NCBI GenBank assembly: GCA_027923505.1
Contig: BROI01000014.1
Location: 806,001 to 870,000, forward strand
Reading direction: 5' to 3'
Source of the DNA: Mayamaea pseudoterrestris
Taxonomy: Eukaryota
Length of the DNA: 64,000 nt
Part shown: positions 11,078-25,273 of the stretch, one piece after another
Numbering within the stretch: position 1 is the stretch's first letter
Layout: each line of letters opens with the position of its first letter
Program-made: the position numbers and the translations under genes
Notes under the pieces: model-generated
Told to the model about the DNA's origin: nothing
Seen by the model: the letters and a program-made list of their open reading frames with translations, nothing else
The model's database searches: none

Positions 11078-13814
11078 ATGAAGCTAATGAAACAGTTTCT
11101 ATCACTAGTCGCTTTTGCGACATTGGCATCCGCGGTTACTGAAAATGTGGCGGCCAAAGTGCTTGCGAAGCGGTACGTCTCGCTATCCGTTGCAGCATGG
11201 AATGAACATGATTCGACGTTCGACTCTCAATTCATCAACTTACATAAAAAATAAACTTGTTTTACACAGCACGCTTGAAGCTAGCAAGCTCATTGATCTC
11301 GTTGCCGAAGAGCCAATGCCACAATCCAACCGCCTCCTCCAACTGAAACTACCTCAAACGTATCAACGGAGCAGCAACAACAACAACAATCTTCACCTCC
11401 GCTTTTTGGAATCCACCAGTGACACGTTAACATGCGACGCTGCCTTTATGAACTGCTTGGAAGTTAGTCAATGCGTCGATTGCTTTCTGCAGTTGCAGAC
11501 ACGCGACATTGACTGGGCGTCCGTGACGCAGGACACGCCTTGTACGGACGTTGTTTCCTTTTTGAACAATAACCAGCTTTGCATGAACGTCAAGAAGAGT
11601 ACCGCTTCCATGGAACAGTTTTGCCAAACGTTTGATTCTTGCGTTAATTGGGATGACGATGATAATTATAAGAATGGTGATGATGAAAGCAATTCGCAAC
11701 GCGGCAGCGACGACGACGTTCAGCCATATGTAGATTGCAGCAAACTGACAAAGTGCGAGTGGGAAGGCTTTCATCCATCCTTTATCGGTAATGGTATTTG
11801 TAACGATGGTATATATGGTTGTTACAATACCGAAGTTTGCGGTTGGGATGGTGGAGATTGCTGCGAGGATACATGCGAGCGGGAAAGCAACTACTTGGAG
11901 TGTGGGCACGATGGATACTTTTGTCGCGATCCCGAGTCAAAGAATTGCAACTCGTGGTACTCGACCGATTGTAACTCGGCGATTGTCGTAAACGATGACA
12001 CCTTGAGCGATGACGCGACGAACATGGAGTGCTCGTCGGAAGAGACGCCGTACCGACTCATCATGTATGACTCTTTTGGTGATGGCTGGGATGCGACAAA
12101 GCTTTCGCTGTATAACGTCGATGAGAAGGACCCTATATATACTGGAAGTCTTAAATCCGGATCTCAGGGGACGCACTGGGTTTGCCTCAGCAAGAACCCG
12201 AGCTGTTATCAAGTCAAGGTCAACGGAGGCACATGGGGAAATGAAGTTTCGTGGGAAGTTCGACCGAGAATGGACAGTCCGGCGATTGCCGGTGGAGGCG
12301 CGCCAATGGATTGTCGGTTTCCTGTGGCTGGATACACTGGACGTGATTGTCAATTGACATGGTAAGATCAGACGTTGCTCATTAGTCAATTGCAGCCCAT
12401 ATTAAACTGATTCACTCATCGCAATTTGCACATCATCGACAGTGAAGGAAAGCCAAACCTAAAGCCGTCCGACGATCCGGACTACAAGGAAATGAAAGAC
12501 TTGTTTCACTGCATTGAAGACAAATGCATGATTCAGCAGGGAGTGTGTGACCGAAATGATGTATGCAAAGGTTGCTTTAATCAAGAAGGAGAGACTGAAG
12601 ACTACTGCTTCGCCAACGATGCCTTTAATGCGCTCGTGGACTGTTCATTGTGCAAGTGTACTTCAAAAGGAGAAGATTCTTCTTATTGCGCCTCCAAGCT
12701 CTCGCCAGGCAAGACTTATCCGTCCCCGGGTCAACAAGATAAGAAGTCCAGTTCTTTGCCGGATTGTTCACCGACGGAAACGTTGAAGGGTGGAGCGGCC
12801 GTTATGGCATTCAATACATGCAGCAATATTGACCAAATTTCCATGATGGTAACCGATTTTGATCAAAACAATTTTGGAGACCTGGACAGGTTCGAATCTT
12901 GCTCGCATGCCTTTGCCTCACAAGGACGATCTGGCAGCAAGACGGCCCTAGCATGTATGCAAATTCTCGTGGACGCTAAGAACGGGGCGGGCGACGATGA
13001 TGACTCATCTGGTGCACCGAAGCAAGCAATCGCTGCACTTGCTCGACTTCTCTACGAAGACGCTGAGAGCTTCTGCGACTGTGCAAAAAAGGCATCCGGT
13101 GACTGTCCCCTTTGCTCGTCGTTTGTCCACTTCAAAACGCTTCTCTACGAGACTCTTGATGCATGCCAGTCTCTTGATGAGATTGATTGCGACGCGTGGA
13201 AAGAGTTTTACAGTCCGTGCAAGAGTAATCTGGAGAGCGAGTTTGGCCGGATTGATTTTTCACGAGGCGGCCAGTGTGATTATGTGCATGAAGGATGTGG
13301 CGGTGCAGGTCCGTTTCCCTCGTTTCGACGACTAGACTGCGGCAGCGAACTTGCTGGCGAGAGCTGGGATTTTTACAATCTATTTGCACAAGATTGCGTT
13401 GACGACTTTAATCCCGACAGCGGTTACAAACCGAAGCCATACCCTGGCCCAGCTCCAGCTCCGGCACCCAGTGGAGGCGATTCACAACCTGCTCCGGCGC
13501 CTTCGGACAACAAACCAACTCCGAAGCCATACATACCGCGCGATTCCACTGACAGTAAGTCTTCTTCCGAGGGAACACGTAAGAGGAAAGGGGTATTCGG
13601 TTGGCTTTGGAGACTTCTCGTGGTGGCGGGGCTTGCGTATGGCGCGTTTCACATTTATAAGCGCCGCTCCGACGGATTTAACTTTGTTCAGTACCGTCGT
13701 ATGCGGCACAATTACAGCAACTTTGATGATCAAGACATGTATTCTGGTCTCGCTCTTGAAAGTTCCACTACATTTGAGCCGCCAACCCTTCCACCCACGC
13801 CGATGCAACTTTAA
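11078..13814 (+). CDS. Cys-rich type-I membrane protein with an LNR/Notch-like repeat (exons 11078-11172, 11270-12361, 12443-13814)
   Basis: Signal peptide MKLMKQFLSLVAFATLASA; two GT-AG introns join the ORFs in frame. Contains GNGICND...NTEVCGWDGGDCC, DSFGDGW, a Pro-rich stalk, one TM helix (WLWRLLVVAGLAYGAFHIY) and a short cytosolic tail. Confidence 0.8.
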
Positions 13815-14067
13815 ACTGTGGAGCGATTGTAACTTTAATAAACTAATACTTGATGCATGAGACACTGGCAGCGCTAAATACAGGTATACCGCCACCGTAG
13901 CACCTTGCCATTGCTCTACCAGTATCTGAGTCTGTACTGCTATCGGTAAATCTCCCGTTCTGTCGATAGAACATGCATAATGTCAGCAACCTTTACACCA
14001 AACTGTGCTACGAGCAGCCAAAATGAATTGCTACGTCAAAGTAACCAAGTAACCAGCAAAAAGTTTA

Positions 14068-14148
14068 TGATGTTGACGAGATTCGAACTCGCGAGATCGG
14101 AATCATCAGAGCCTAAATCTGACGCCTTAACCACTCGGCCACAACATC
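14068..14148 (-). tRNA. tRNA-Leu (anticodon UAG)
   Basis: Reverse complement GATGTTG TGGCCGAGTGGTTAAGGC G TCAGA TTTAGGC TCTGA [variable arm] GCGAG TTCGAAT CTCGT CAACATC A. All stems pair, A/B boxes are present and a TTTTT terminator lies just downstream. Confidence 0.95.
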
Positions 14149-14365
14149 TGGTTTGTACCAATGAAAACCATAGTGTGTCACAATGCGACAAGTACGTATT
14201 TAATCAGTGGCTATTATTGAAGGTCTGAAGACTTGGACCGATGGTTACCTCATCACTTCGATTCAATCAATTTTCACTATGATTAATTATCGTTCGTTAA
14301 AGTAGTAGGCTGTCGCAATCTGCAAGTATCGCCAGTAGTTGCGAAAATAGATTGCATAACTTAGT

Positions 14366-17300
14366 TTATAAATATTGGATCGATGACTCTATCAAATCGA
14401 GCCGCTGCAGAAGGAAGTCTGCATCAGGGGCGCTTCTCACGGCCGCTCGGAGCTGCTCCATTCGTGGTCGTAAGCGACCAGTAGCAACCGCTCGAGACAG
14501 TTCTTCACGGGCGAGCTGCAGATTTGACCCTCCTACCATGCCTTGTCGTGCAGTGTCAACCCACATCTCCAACAAGTTTACAAAGATGTGCAGCTGCTCG
14601 ACGAACTTCGCTTGGTCACCGCTGGGCATCGATTGGAAGCTCACCTTTTGGCAGTACAATTCGTAAACGTCCAATAGAGTCAGAAAAGGCACTCCTGCTC
14701 TCGCAAGAGTGGCAAGCGACCACGAAACATCAAGGCTGTGTTTCGCCGCTTCACGAAGCGCTGAAACGTAAAGATTTTAGATGTGCGCTGACCGAGCGTT
14801 AGTAAAACAACTAAACCTAGACGTACCTTCCAACACGTCCAACAGATAATTTACGGGGAATACAAAGTCCGCTCCTGTGCCATACAATTCCTCGCCTAGA
14901 CCAATAATTCTTGTCTCGACATGTGTCGACCAATCACCATCCTCAAACAATCTGAGTGAATTGGTTGATTCGTTTGGCCCGAGAAGCTGAACATCATCTG
15001 CCTGCCCTATATTACTGAGTAAGCTCTCCAAGCGAGAATGTACCTCTATATCCCGAGTAGCACATGGTAAAAACTCTTCTGCAATCAAGTTGATCCAGAG
15101 GCGTTGAATTTCAGCCGGATCATCATGTTTGCAGGCATGTAGAATCAACAATGAAAAATCGAAGAGGTACAAGCGCGTCGTATACTCATTGTAAAGGTCG
15201 GAAGCGTCAACGAGCTCAGAAGTCACCCTATCATGCATATTGCTGTCACAATCGATTTTCATGCCTGCTTGCCGACGCGAGTCTATAGCGTGAAGCACAC
15301 GCTTCTGTATGCGGGCAATACATAACGTCTCGCGAGCAAAATTCAAACGCTCACGGTCAAGTGTTATCGCTTTTTGCGTCCCATCGTCCAAGGCAAATGA
15401 TGCCTTACTCTCGCTTCTTTCAAGGTTTAATCTGAATGCATTGACAGCACGCGAAAGAAACTCAATGCGATCGTCCAAGGGGACTGGAGACTTACTATTT
15501 CTCGCTCGCGAAAGGGAAACCTCACCTGCATCCAGTGACCGATTCTGGGCATCGTAGTAGCGCCACAACAGCTCTAATTCACCGGTCTCCTTAATCCATT
15601 CTTCTACGACCGGAGTATCAATCATAAGAAGTGTTTCAACATACCCATTCTCTTTCAAAAACGAGAAGAAGCGATGAAGAAAAGCGCGATCAGTTGCTGC
15701 AGTACAGGCTGAAGCCAATGTATATGCTTTAGCTGGGTCAGAATCCATCAAGGCCGCGAAATAATAGAATACCAAGGAAAAGCAAGTGTCGACCGCATCA
15801 CCTGCCGTAACTGAAATTCCGCCAGCCACGCTTCGACTCGAAGCGCTAGTTGGATTCCCGTTGCCGGACTCCGCATCAAATTGCTTTCTGTACAGCTGAA
15901 GCTCCCACGGATAAGCGACATTGGTTGACGATTTTTCTACAGCCGACCACGTTGATTTTGCTGTTGACGAATCATTCTTCTGGAAGTTCAACGCCGTGAC
16001 TAAGCAAATGTCAACGGCGGTGGCAATATCGCCTAAGCGAATCAACAAATCAGACGCCCTGGCAAGGGGACTCTGACACTGAAACGCTCTCGAAGCAACT
16101 TCGCTGTAAGATTCCTGGCCTTTTGAATGCAGTATGCGACCAGTAATTAATGAGGCATTCACCCAGTGCTTGGCAGCATCGCGAAAGTGGTTCCCCGCTT
16201 GATTAGTCAACAACGCTCGCCGACTCGAGCCAGCAGCATTCTCCAGGGCTTCATTCGCTCGAAGGAATCCGAGAAAAGCTGAGCGTGATCCAGGTGTAAA
16301 ATAACTATAGCATTGTTCAGAGAATTGGCTTGCAATCTGATCCACGAGAACGGAAGGCGCAACTTTTCCAAACCCATCCGCCGCAGATGCGGTAATCAAC
16401 GAGTTCAGCAAGCGTTCTACTCGGTCTTGGCCATCCCGAGTCTCTACAAGCTGTGAAAATGTTAAACCGTGCAGAAGGCCCCATTCCACTTCATTCAGCT
16501 CAGTAATATCCTCTGCTTTGTATAAGAGCAGCAGCAGATTCAGCACTTGAACAGCACGAGAAAGCAGCCTGTATAGCGAGTGGATATTTCGTTCTTCCAT
16601 AAGGCGAGCCAATCGCTCCAACTCAGCATCACTTATGATATGATCTGATCCGTTCATATACGCACGACTCTGATGTTGGTACGAAATTGCATTCGTGATG
16701 AAATTATCGCCTTCCAACTCAAAATCCATACTCGTCTGGTCCTGACTCACACCGGGCACAGTTGCAACTGCATGACTTAGCTTCTTCATGACCTGTAGCA
16801 AATCAGCCGGCCGTTCTCGAATTTGTTTTAAACCTCCACTAGACACGAGCAATTCGACCTTTGGAGGTGTCACATGTACATCTCGCGACCATGCAGATTT
16901 GACCACCCGACCTTCCGTCACCACAACGGCCGGCTTGAACCAAAAGGGACGCAACAAGCGTGATATTAAAGCCGTCAAACCTTCAGCAAGTCTGGAAGGG
17001 ACAAATTTATAGCCCTTCGGTACAATTGAATCGACTATATTCGATGAGTAGCCTGTAGCGCCGTTGGTGGCGTCATTTTCTTTAAGCACGAGCTTTGGGC
17101 TAAATGAATTAGCCAATGCAGCTTTCCAAGCGCGTTCTCGGAGTCGCAAAGACTGCGTAGATACTGGGCCACAGCCAGCAGCCAGCGAAAGACACATCGC
17201 ACAGCCTTCTTTATTCCCATATTTTTTGAAGAAAACGGTTATGTTTGGGTCAGATTTCACATTCTCCCCAGCGGAGCTTAAGACATCTGCCAGCGACAAC

Positions 17301-19717
17301 AAAACAGTTTCGCAGTTGAAAATGTGCAGACCCCCAGCGTTCAGCGCTATGACATCTTTTGTCGCCGCAGAGTATTGCTGAGTTGCGAGTTGGTGTAGAG
17401 GCACCATCGGAGGCTTTAATAGCCACTGGCGTAAGCGGACAGACTTCGTTGTGATCTGCTTTCCTCTGCTTCTTATAGGTGTCGCTTGCGATACGTACTG
17501 CATCTTCTCAGCTGCCGTCAGGCTAAAGCCATCTTTCCCGTCGCGACCAGAAATGCGATACGATGGCGCTGAGGCTTTGCCAGCATACGCTCGACCGGCG
17601 TCAAGTCCAGGAACTGCGACGCCTTTACGAACCGCGTTAGCAAATACTGTATTTGGAAGTAAAGTTGTCATCAAAGAAACAATTCCACCGGATAGTGATC
17701 TATCACGAACCACAATCGATGTAATGGTCTCGTCGGATTGCGTTCCAAGAGGCCGATGCGGACGGGCCTTCGACGGCAGCGTATACTCCGCCGGCAAGCC
17801 AGAACCAAGTTCACTATCAGAAGGCGTAAGAGAGTTCTTGGCTAACTTCATGGCCACACTATCATCGCAAGATACTTGGGCCATATCAACAACAATCCCA
17901 CCTGGCAGTGAAGGGTTATCGACGGGGCCAGAACCACTCGCTTGCATTGGCAGACTAATTGTCTCCACAATCCCACCGGGTGCACTCCACAATTCTTCTT
18001 GGTCGTCGCCGTCTTGCGCAATAACTTCAAGCTTTCTGAAAGTGGGGCCAGGATACGCGGCAATGATAGCGTCACCCACTTGCGATGCTCCGCTCTCTCT
18101 GGCTGTCATGAATACACCGTCCTTGTACAGCGAAGCGTCCACATTGCCAGCCTTGTCAGATCCTTGGATGCGAGGCTTCAAACCACCCACAAACCCAGAG
18201 TCGTCAACAAGAGAAGCTAAATCTGGCTTTTGATCAGTCGGTGGTGCGGCTCGAACGTGACACAATGTTAACTTTGACGAAATCGACGACAGATATAGAC
18301 GCAAACCCGATTTTGTAACAGCCAAGAGAGTCAATTGTTGACTTTCGGTTGGAGATATCACATGGATCGAGATTGGAACAAGAGCTTTCTTATTCGCTTG
18401 CAGCTCAGCTTGTTTGAGAATTGCTCGAGCCCCTTCCATTCCACCGACACCAGCTTGCGCCGCTTGTCCGTTGCCATTGAAACTTATATAACCCGCGCTT
18501 CCTCCGATCGGCGGATTCATCTGTCCGCGTCCTACCGCTTCCAAATACTGTGTCACCTTTTGAGGTGTCTTTATGACTGCCGCAAGCTGCACTGACCCCT
18601 TGCTGCGAAGAGCAAACGAACATATAGAACCATCGCGCGACAAGGTGTACAGTGTATGGCGCGACTCATCGACTACAATTTTAACGATTGGTCCTCCTCC
18701 CGTCGCAGTTTTTCCTCCAAATAGCCAGTCAGCTGTTCGTGTGAGCACGTCAGGGAGAATTGCGCTTGCCCATGACGATGATGAGCGGTTTAGTTTGCGA
18801 CACTTTTGTGGTCGCTGCGATCCACGAGAGCCATTAAAACCTAGTGATCGTTTTCCAAGCGTTACGATCGTTCCCGTAATCGACGATGCACCGTCCAAGT
18901 AGATTGTTTCGCCTATATCCTCGCCTTTATCGTAAAAGGCAGCGAGTAGCTCTTCCTCGGATCTGTGCCTGCCTTCCGCATTGCCATTTTGATAAACAAT
19001 TTCGTACAAACATCCATCCTCGCCGCCGAGAAAGATACGACCACATTCCGTTCCAACGACACTGAGCATGCGTACATTGTCGGTTGGTAGATTGAAGGAG
19101 CTAGCTCTGACCTTGAAGGCTGCATCATCGTCCGATTTATACAGCAAGAGCTGCATGATTTCATCTGGAGTTGTTACAACCAATATCCACTCCACCGACG
19201 GCATAAAGTCTACACAACAGCAAGAGCAAAGGTACACCGTAAGAATGTAGCAAATAACAGCATTGCAGTAACCGTAAATCGTCTACGCACCCTTGTTTGG
19301 TTTCACCAATCCGACAGTGATAATCGGAGCGTTCGCTTCGAAGGTATGCGTCCCAGCCTGTTTCTCAAACGGCCACAGAAACAGTCTATTGTCGCAAGTA
19401 ACCCATACCAGAGACGCAGGAGCCAAAATCCCCATGAAGCTACACTTCTTGACACTTTTAAGCTCCTCCACAATGACTTGCGGCAGAGGTACGCTGCGGC
19501 GATGCTTGACCAATCGTTCCGTATCGTCCGTTGCTGGAAAATACAAGTGCTTTCCCTTTGGATCAGTCAGTTTGCGATAAATGTCCGCATCGGCTGCAGC
19601 TTCATCCTCGCGAAGAGCTTTGCGAATCGCCTGGCCCGCATCCTGGAGTGGCCGAAAGTCGTCGCTCCAGTAGGCGGCCATGGTCGCTGCCGCATTGGAT
19701 GCGGACGACGACGCCAT
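14366..19717 (-). CDS. NUP155: Nucleoporin Nup155/Nup170 (exons 19717-19291, 19209-14827, 14760-14366)
   Basis: Motifs PLPQVIVEEL..MGI..WVTCDNRLFLW, GRIFLGGEDGCLYEIVY, KCRKLNRS, GLRLYL, HVRAAP, SRLLRPFW, LLWRYY and LDDRIEFLSRA. Canonical introns keep the frame. Confidence 0.9.
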
Positions 19718-20076
19718 TCAAGCAAAAGGACGATACTGACAGATATGTGTTCACTTGGTAACTATGTATATGTGATATAGAGTAAGTATACTGTTAGCGG
19801 CTGAATAGGTATCGACAAGGATCCTTGCAGCTGCACACAAGTGGAGTCCGAAGGTGCGAGCGGCAAGCACCGCGCGACGTCTGGCCGTCGCGAATTGGGT
19901 ACCGCTGCGTCAGACCTTCCGATGACGATGACTGACGACGGTCATTTTCGATCGCCATGAGCGCAAGGCAAGATCCTCCTTCCATTGATTCTCCCACGAC
20001 ACTCACAGACTACGCCGTCGGCCTTACACTTTTACACCAGAAAGCTGCAATAGCCTAGCGAGCGACCAACAGAGAC

Positions 20077-21584
20077 ATGTTCAAGCTACGTACATCAAAG
20101 TATCGGCACGTCTTTTGCGATCAGCCCAAGCCAGAGGTGAGTCACTCGAAAACATGTGTGTTCGATCGGCCGTTGAATGGCATTTTCGCTGCGCAGTGCG
20201 TCGGATGAGTCAAAATGAGTAGAACTAGTAAATACACTGTGCAGCCACTGATATACGTGCTTACATTCTCTTTCGCTTGCAACGATAGGAATGTTTTCAA
20301 GACTTTCGCCTGTCAACAGTAACGGGCGATCAGCAGTACATCAAGGCGTCGGCCAAGTACTTTGCTGTCGGCATGGCGGGTGGAGGCGGACCAGTCATTG
20401 TCATGCCGCTGAATCGTCCAGGTAGATTTGATGACTCGTCAAGTCCTTTTGTTCAAGGGCATTCCGGCGCCGTCCTCGACATTGAATGGAGTCCGTTCGA
20501 TGATTCGTTGATGGCCACTGCGTCTGATGACACAAACATTAAGTTATGGTCCATTCCCGATGATTGGGAGCCAATTGATGAGAATGGAATCGCCAAAGCA
20601 GGCGAAAGCTTGACAGAATCCATGTGCGACTTGTCGGCTCACTCCAAGAAGGTTACGTTGCTGCGTTACCATCCCACGGCTGCCAACACGCTGCTCTCCA
20701 CGGCTGCCGACTATACCGTCAAAGTTTGGGATGTGGAGTCACAGCAAGACATTTCGACCTTTAGCGATATTCCGAATCTTGTTCATGACATTGTTTGGGA
20801 TTTTAAGGGAGAAATGTACGCCTGCAGTTGTAAGGACAGAAATATTCGAATTATTGACCCACGGACCGGCGCGTTGGCGTCAGAGATTTCGCCAGCTCAT
20901 GATGGAGTAAAGAGTATAAAAATGTTTTACGCTAAAGAATATGGCAAGCTCATTTCATGTGGCGCTTCCAAAACGTCGGCGCGAGAAATCAAGGTGTGGG
21001 ATTTGAAGGACCTTTCTAAACCTTTGCACGTCGAAGCCGTCGATACGGCCGCAGGTGCCATGATTCCGCTTTTTGATAGCGACACGGATGTGCTCTACTT
21101 GTGTGGAAAGGGAGATGGTATCATTCGCGTGTACGAGTATGAGGAGAAGGCTCCCTTTATCTACAAATTGAACGATGGCTTCCGCTCCAACACTCCTGGC
21201 AAGGGCTACTGCCTCGTACCAAAGCGCGGACTGGAGGTGATGCAGCACGAAACGGCTCGCATCATGAAATGTACTAACAATGAAGGTGTGCACCCCCTTC
21301 GATTCTTTGTCCCGCGCAGGTCGGATGCTTTCCAGGACGACATTTTCCCGCCTACTGAGTCGGGTCTGCCATCACATACGTGCCAAGAATGGCTAGAAGG
21401 GTCGGTCAAGGCCCCACTGACAATGTCGCTGGACCCAAAAGACTCGGACCAAAAGTCTGCGGCTGCTGCTCCGGCGAAACGAACCTTCAAGTCTGCGTCG
21501 GCGCTAAACAAGGAGCTTGACGAAGCCAAAAAGCGAATTGCGTACCTCGAGTCAAAACTGAGTGAAAGCGGCATATCATATTAG
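20077..21584 (+). CDS. Coronin, actin-binding WD40 protein (exons 20077-20136, 20289-21584)
   Basis: N-terminal SKYRHVF signature, WD repeats, LCGKGDGIIR, VPRRSDAFQDDIFPPT and a C-terminal coiled coil. Confidence 0.95.
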
Positions 21585-21934
21585 GTAAAGCTGGCTTGGC
21601 GTGTAATTGTAATTTTCCGTCCTAGTTTTTCTCTTGTACAAAGAAATCCTCACTTGGTAGGCAAATCGAGCGCCTATAATACTCGTCTCCCTAATCGACT
21701 GTGGGGTGTCGGTAGACGACGTCGCATCGGGAACAACGGCATCCGTGACTGACGTTTGCCGCGCCACGCTTTTTCGAAAGGGAAGACGTCGCCTTTGTCC
21801 ATGACCAGCTTGCTTGTTTGACGAAACATCATCGCCCACAACGGGGGATATTCAACATCATCATCATCATCACGGTCGTCACCCACCCACTGCTGATCAG
21901 TATAGCAACTTTAGTGTTCGGATTTTGTCCAGCC

Positions 21935-23151
21935 ATGAAGCTGTCGGGGTCAATTTTAATGCTGCTGATGCAGCTTGTCGCAGTCGAGTCGTTCCAGTCG
22001 AGCTGGATTTCTCGGAGGAGTCACATGCTCCGACTACGACCATCGGGTAGCTTACCTGCTGCATCCGCATCGGTCACTGCACCAAGCTCCCCGGCAGCTC
22101 CTCAGAAGCTTGACAGAAAGGAGAAGCTCGCCGAGCTTCGCAAGGAGGGCGGACGATTTACAGTTCTCACCCCATTCGGAGCATTGAATCCCTTTGGCCT
22201 TTACTATGGAACTGTGTCAGTATGTAAGTCGATGTAACAATGGTGGTGCTTGGTTGAAGCATTTTGATGAGGTCTATGTCTATGCATGTAAGATTTGCGT
22301 CGTTGTGCTTTTCAGCTCACACTTTTTCCGGCTGCCTTTAGTGCTGGGCATTCCATGGTTCATTGCCATGACATGTCTTCAATTTCTATACTTTGTTACT
22401 AGAGGAAAATTTGACACGAAACGACAATTGCCAATTTGGATTTCACAATTATGGGGCGAATCACTCATGAGATTGACTCGCATGTGGCCCAAGATCACAA
22501 ACAAGGAAATTCTGCAAGAGTTTTACAAGCAAAACCGAGCAGCCATGATTGTAGCCAACCACAACTCTTGGATGGATATTCCATTCTTAGGTGCCACTAT
22601 TGGTTGGAAAAATTACAAGCTTGTGAGCAAGAAAGAGCTAGGGAAAGTCCCAATTTTGGGCAAGTCAATCAAGGTTGGTGGGCACATTATGGTCGACCGA
22701 CTTGACCGCAAATCGGGCCTCAGGACGCTAAAGATGGGCATTAATTATCTCAAGGTAAGCCGCACATCAGTTGGAGATGGTGTATATGATCTTGCGTTGT
22801 AATTGTATTTTGACTCAGTTTTGCGCACATGTTCAACAGAAGGACGGCCTGATCCTTGGTACGTTCCCCGAAGGAACTCGGTCACGCTCCGGCAGGCTCG
22901 GCAAGTTTAAGAATGGAGCCTTCAAGATGGCATACAAAGCAGAGGCTCCAGTGATACCCATTTCCATTAACGGTGCTGCAAAGATTATGTCGGCCGACTG
23001 GGTCATGCCACATTGCCGAACAGGCAACGTTGTCGAAGTCGTCATCCACGAACCAGTGGAAAGCAAGGGAAAAACGGAGGAGGAACTTGCCGAGGCAGTG
23101 CGCCAATCCATGATCTCTGGACTTGTTCCCGACCAGCGACCAAACGAGTGA
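21935..23151 (+). CDS. Plastid-type 1-acyl-sn-glycerol-3-phosphate acyltransferase, LPAAT (exons 21935-22223, 22342-22754, 22840-23151)
   Basis: NHNSWMD (HxxxxD) and FPEGTRS motifs; signal peptide ending VES-F followed by a Ser/Arg-rich transit peptide. Confidence 0.9.
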
Positions 23152-23527
23152 CGTGGATACGGTCGACCTCGACAGCATCCTACGAGTACTCGTTACTAAA
23201 ACGCTAAACAACTACATTTACTAACAGCAATAGAAGCTACAAGCGAGATCAGTTTTGTATGTACCGGTAGTCGACAAAGAAGGTATTCATATGTACCGTA
23301 ACGTAGTTTGAGAGCTGATGATAGCAAAAAATCTTACCGCTACTCATTTGGATTCGGATGAGAGCGTCATAGTCGCACCGTGACAGGAAATCAGTTCGAA
23401 TTTCTTCGCCGCGTCCACTCGTCGATCAAATCCATCACAATAGATCCAGGTGGCGATCGGCTTTTCGAATCTTGGGACTCTGATCACAGACAGAAGCTTC
23501 AAAATGCACTCTAAAAAGTCGAATATC

Positions 23528-25273
23528 ATGAGAATCCTTGTGCGAGCCGTCTTTGGAGCGTCGCTCATTGTCACGTCCGTCGCCTTTGTCCCACGACTCA
23601 CGGCGCCGTCGAGGGGCGTTGTTTCGCGCGGTTATGCTACTACCTTCAACAGGTATGCTAACAGACCAAGCCATCTATCCATGAGTTCGATAGCTGCTGA
23701 AGGAGACAGACCCTCTGGAAAGTCGTTCAAGGACAGAGTCAAGTCGCTGCTTCCACCCAAGAACGAACGCCAAAAGCTTTTACCTCTTGCGCTCATGTTC
23801 TTTTGCATTCTTTTCAACTACACCATTCTTCGCGATACAAAGGATGTTTTGATGGTGACAGCCCCAAAGAGTGGAGCGGAAGTGATTCCTTTTCTCAAAA
23901 CGTACGTGAACCTTCCCACTGCCATTGCGTTTACTGGCATCTACGCCAAACTCACGGACACCATGGAGCTCAAGAATGTTTTCTACGCCTTTGTGGTGCC
24001 CTTTTTGATGTTCTTTGCATCGTTCGCTTTTTTCATCTACCCGAACCGAGCGTTGGTGCATCCTCATGCGTTTGTGGATTCATTGGCGGCGGTTCTTCCG
24101 GCAAACTTTGCGGCGCCTCTATCCATCATTCGTAACTGGAGCTTTGCTCTCTTTTACGTCATGGCCGAAATGTGGGGTTCCATGGTGGCGTCACTTCTCT
24201 TTTGGGGCTTTGCTAATGAAGTCACGACGGTTGATGAAGCGAAGAAATATTGTAAGTGAAGATCAAGCGAGTTTATGTTTCGACGCTGACGATCCTAACG
24301 AATCTATTACATGCTTGCAGACCCACTCTTTGGTCTAGGAGCCAACGTGGCTCTCATCTTCTCTGGACAGTACGTGAAGTGGGTGTCAAACTTGAGAGGA
24401 ACCTTGGCGCCAGGCGTCGATGCATGGGCTGTCTCGCTCCAGTACTTGATGGGCGCGGTGCTGGCATCTGGTGGTGTTTTAATTGCGGCCTACAAGTACA
24501 TGCAGGACAAGATTGTGTCAAAGAACAAGGAGATGTCAGCAATGAAGAAGCTACCCATTAAGAAAAAGGTCAAAATGTCAATGGCTGATTCAGCCAAATT
24601 TCTTGTGAGCAGTTCCTACATTCGAAACTTGGCGACGTTGGTTATTTCGTACGGAATGTGCATCAATATTGTCGAGGTCAGCTGGAAGGCCAAGCTTAAG
24701 CAGGCCTTTCCGGATCCCAACTCATACTCGGCGTTCATGGGCAACTTTTCCTCTGCAACCGGCGCCGTGACTCTTATAATGATGCTTCTCGGTCGCACAA
24801 TCTTTGAAAAGTTTGGCTGGAGGGCAGCTGCTATGGTGACACCGACCATGATTGGCGTTACCGGGCTTGCCTTTTTTGCCACCAATATCTGGTCGGGCGC
24901 CATGGCACCCGTCGCTGCCATGTTTGGAGTGACACCTCTTATTCTCGCTGTCCTGCTTGGAGCGGCTCAAAACATCCTCAGCAAGAGCGCCAAGTACAGT
25001 CTGTTTGATCCTTGCAAGGAAATGGCGTACATCCCTCTCGACCAAGAGTCCAAGACCAAGGGCAAGGCTGCCGTTGACGTTGTTGGCAACCCCTTGGGCA
25101 AGTCGGGAGGTGCTTTGATCCAACAATTTCTAATCTTTGGCGTTGGTAGCTTGGCAGCTGCCACGCCGTATCTAGCGGGCATTCTGGCAGTGCTTGTCTT
25201 CTTTTGGTTCAAGGCAGCCAACTCGCTGTCTGTACAATTTGAGGATGCTATGCGGGCTACACCTGAAGCCTAA
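23528..25273 (+). CDS. NTT1: Plastid nucleotide transporter, TLC/NTT family (exons 23528-24251, 24321-25273)
   Basis: Motifs FNYTILRDTKD, GAEVIPFLK, AEMWGS...FWGFANE, NIVEVSWK and LFDPCKEMAYIPLD...KGKAAVDV; bipartite leader SVA-FVP. The NTT1 paralogue number is inferred from plant-type similarity. Confidence 0.92.

Noticed and set aside
17451..18233. 260-aa plus-strand ORF inside NUP155
   Set aside because: Antisense shadow with Ser/Thr/Ala-rich, non-protein-like composition.
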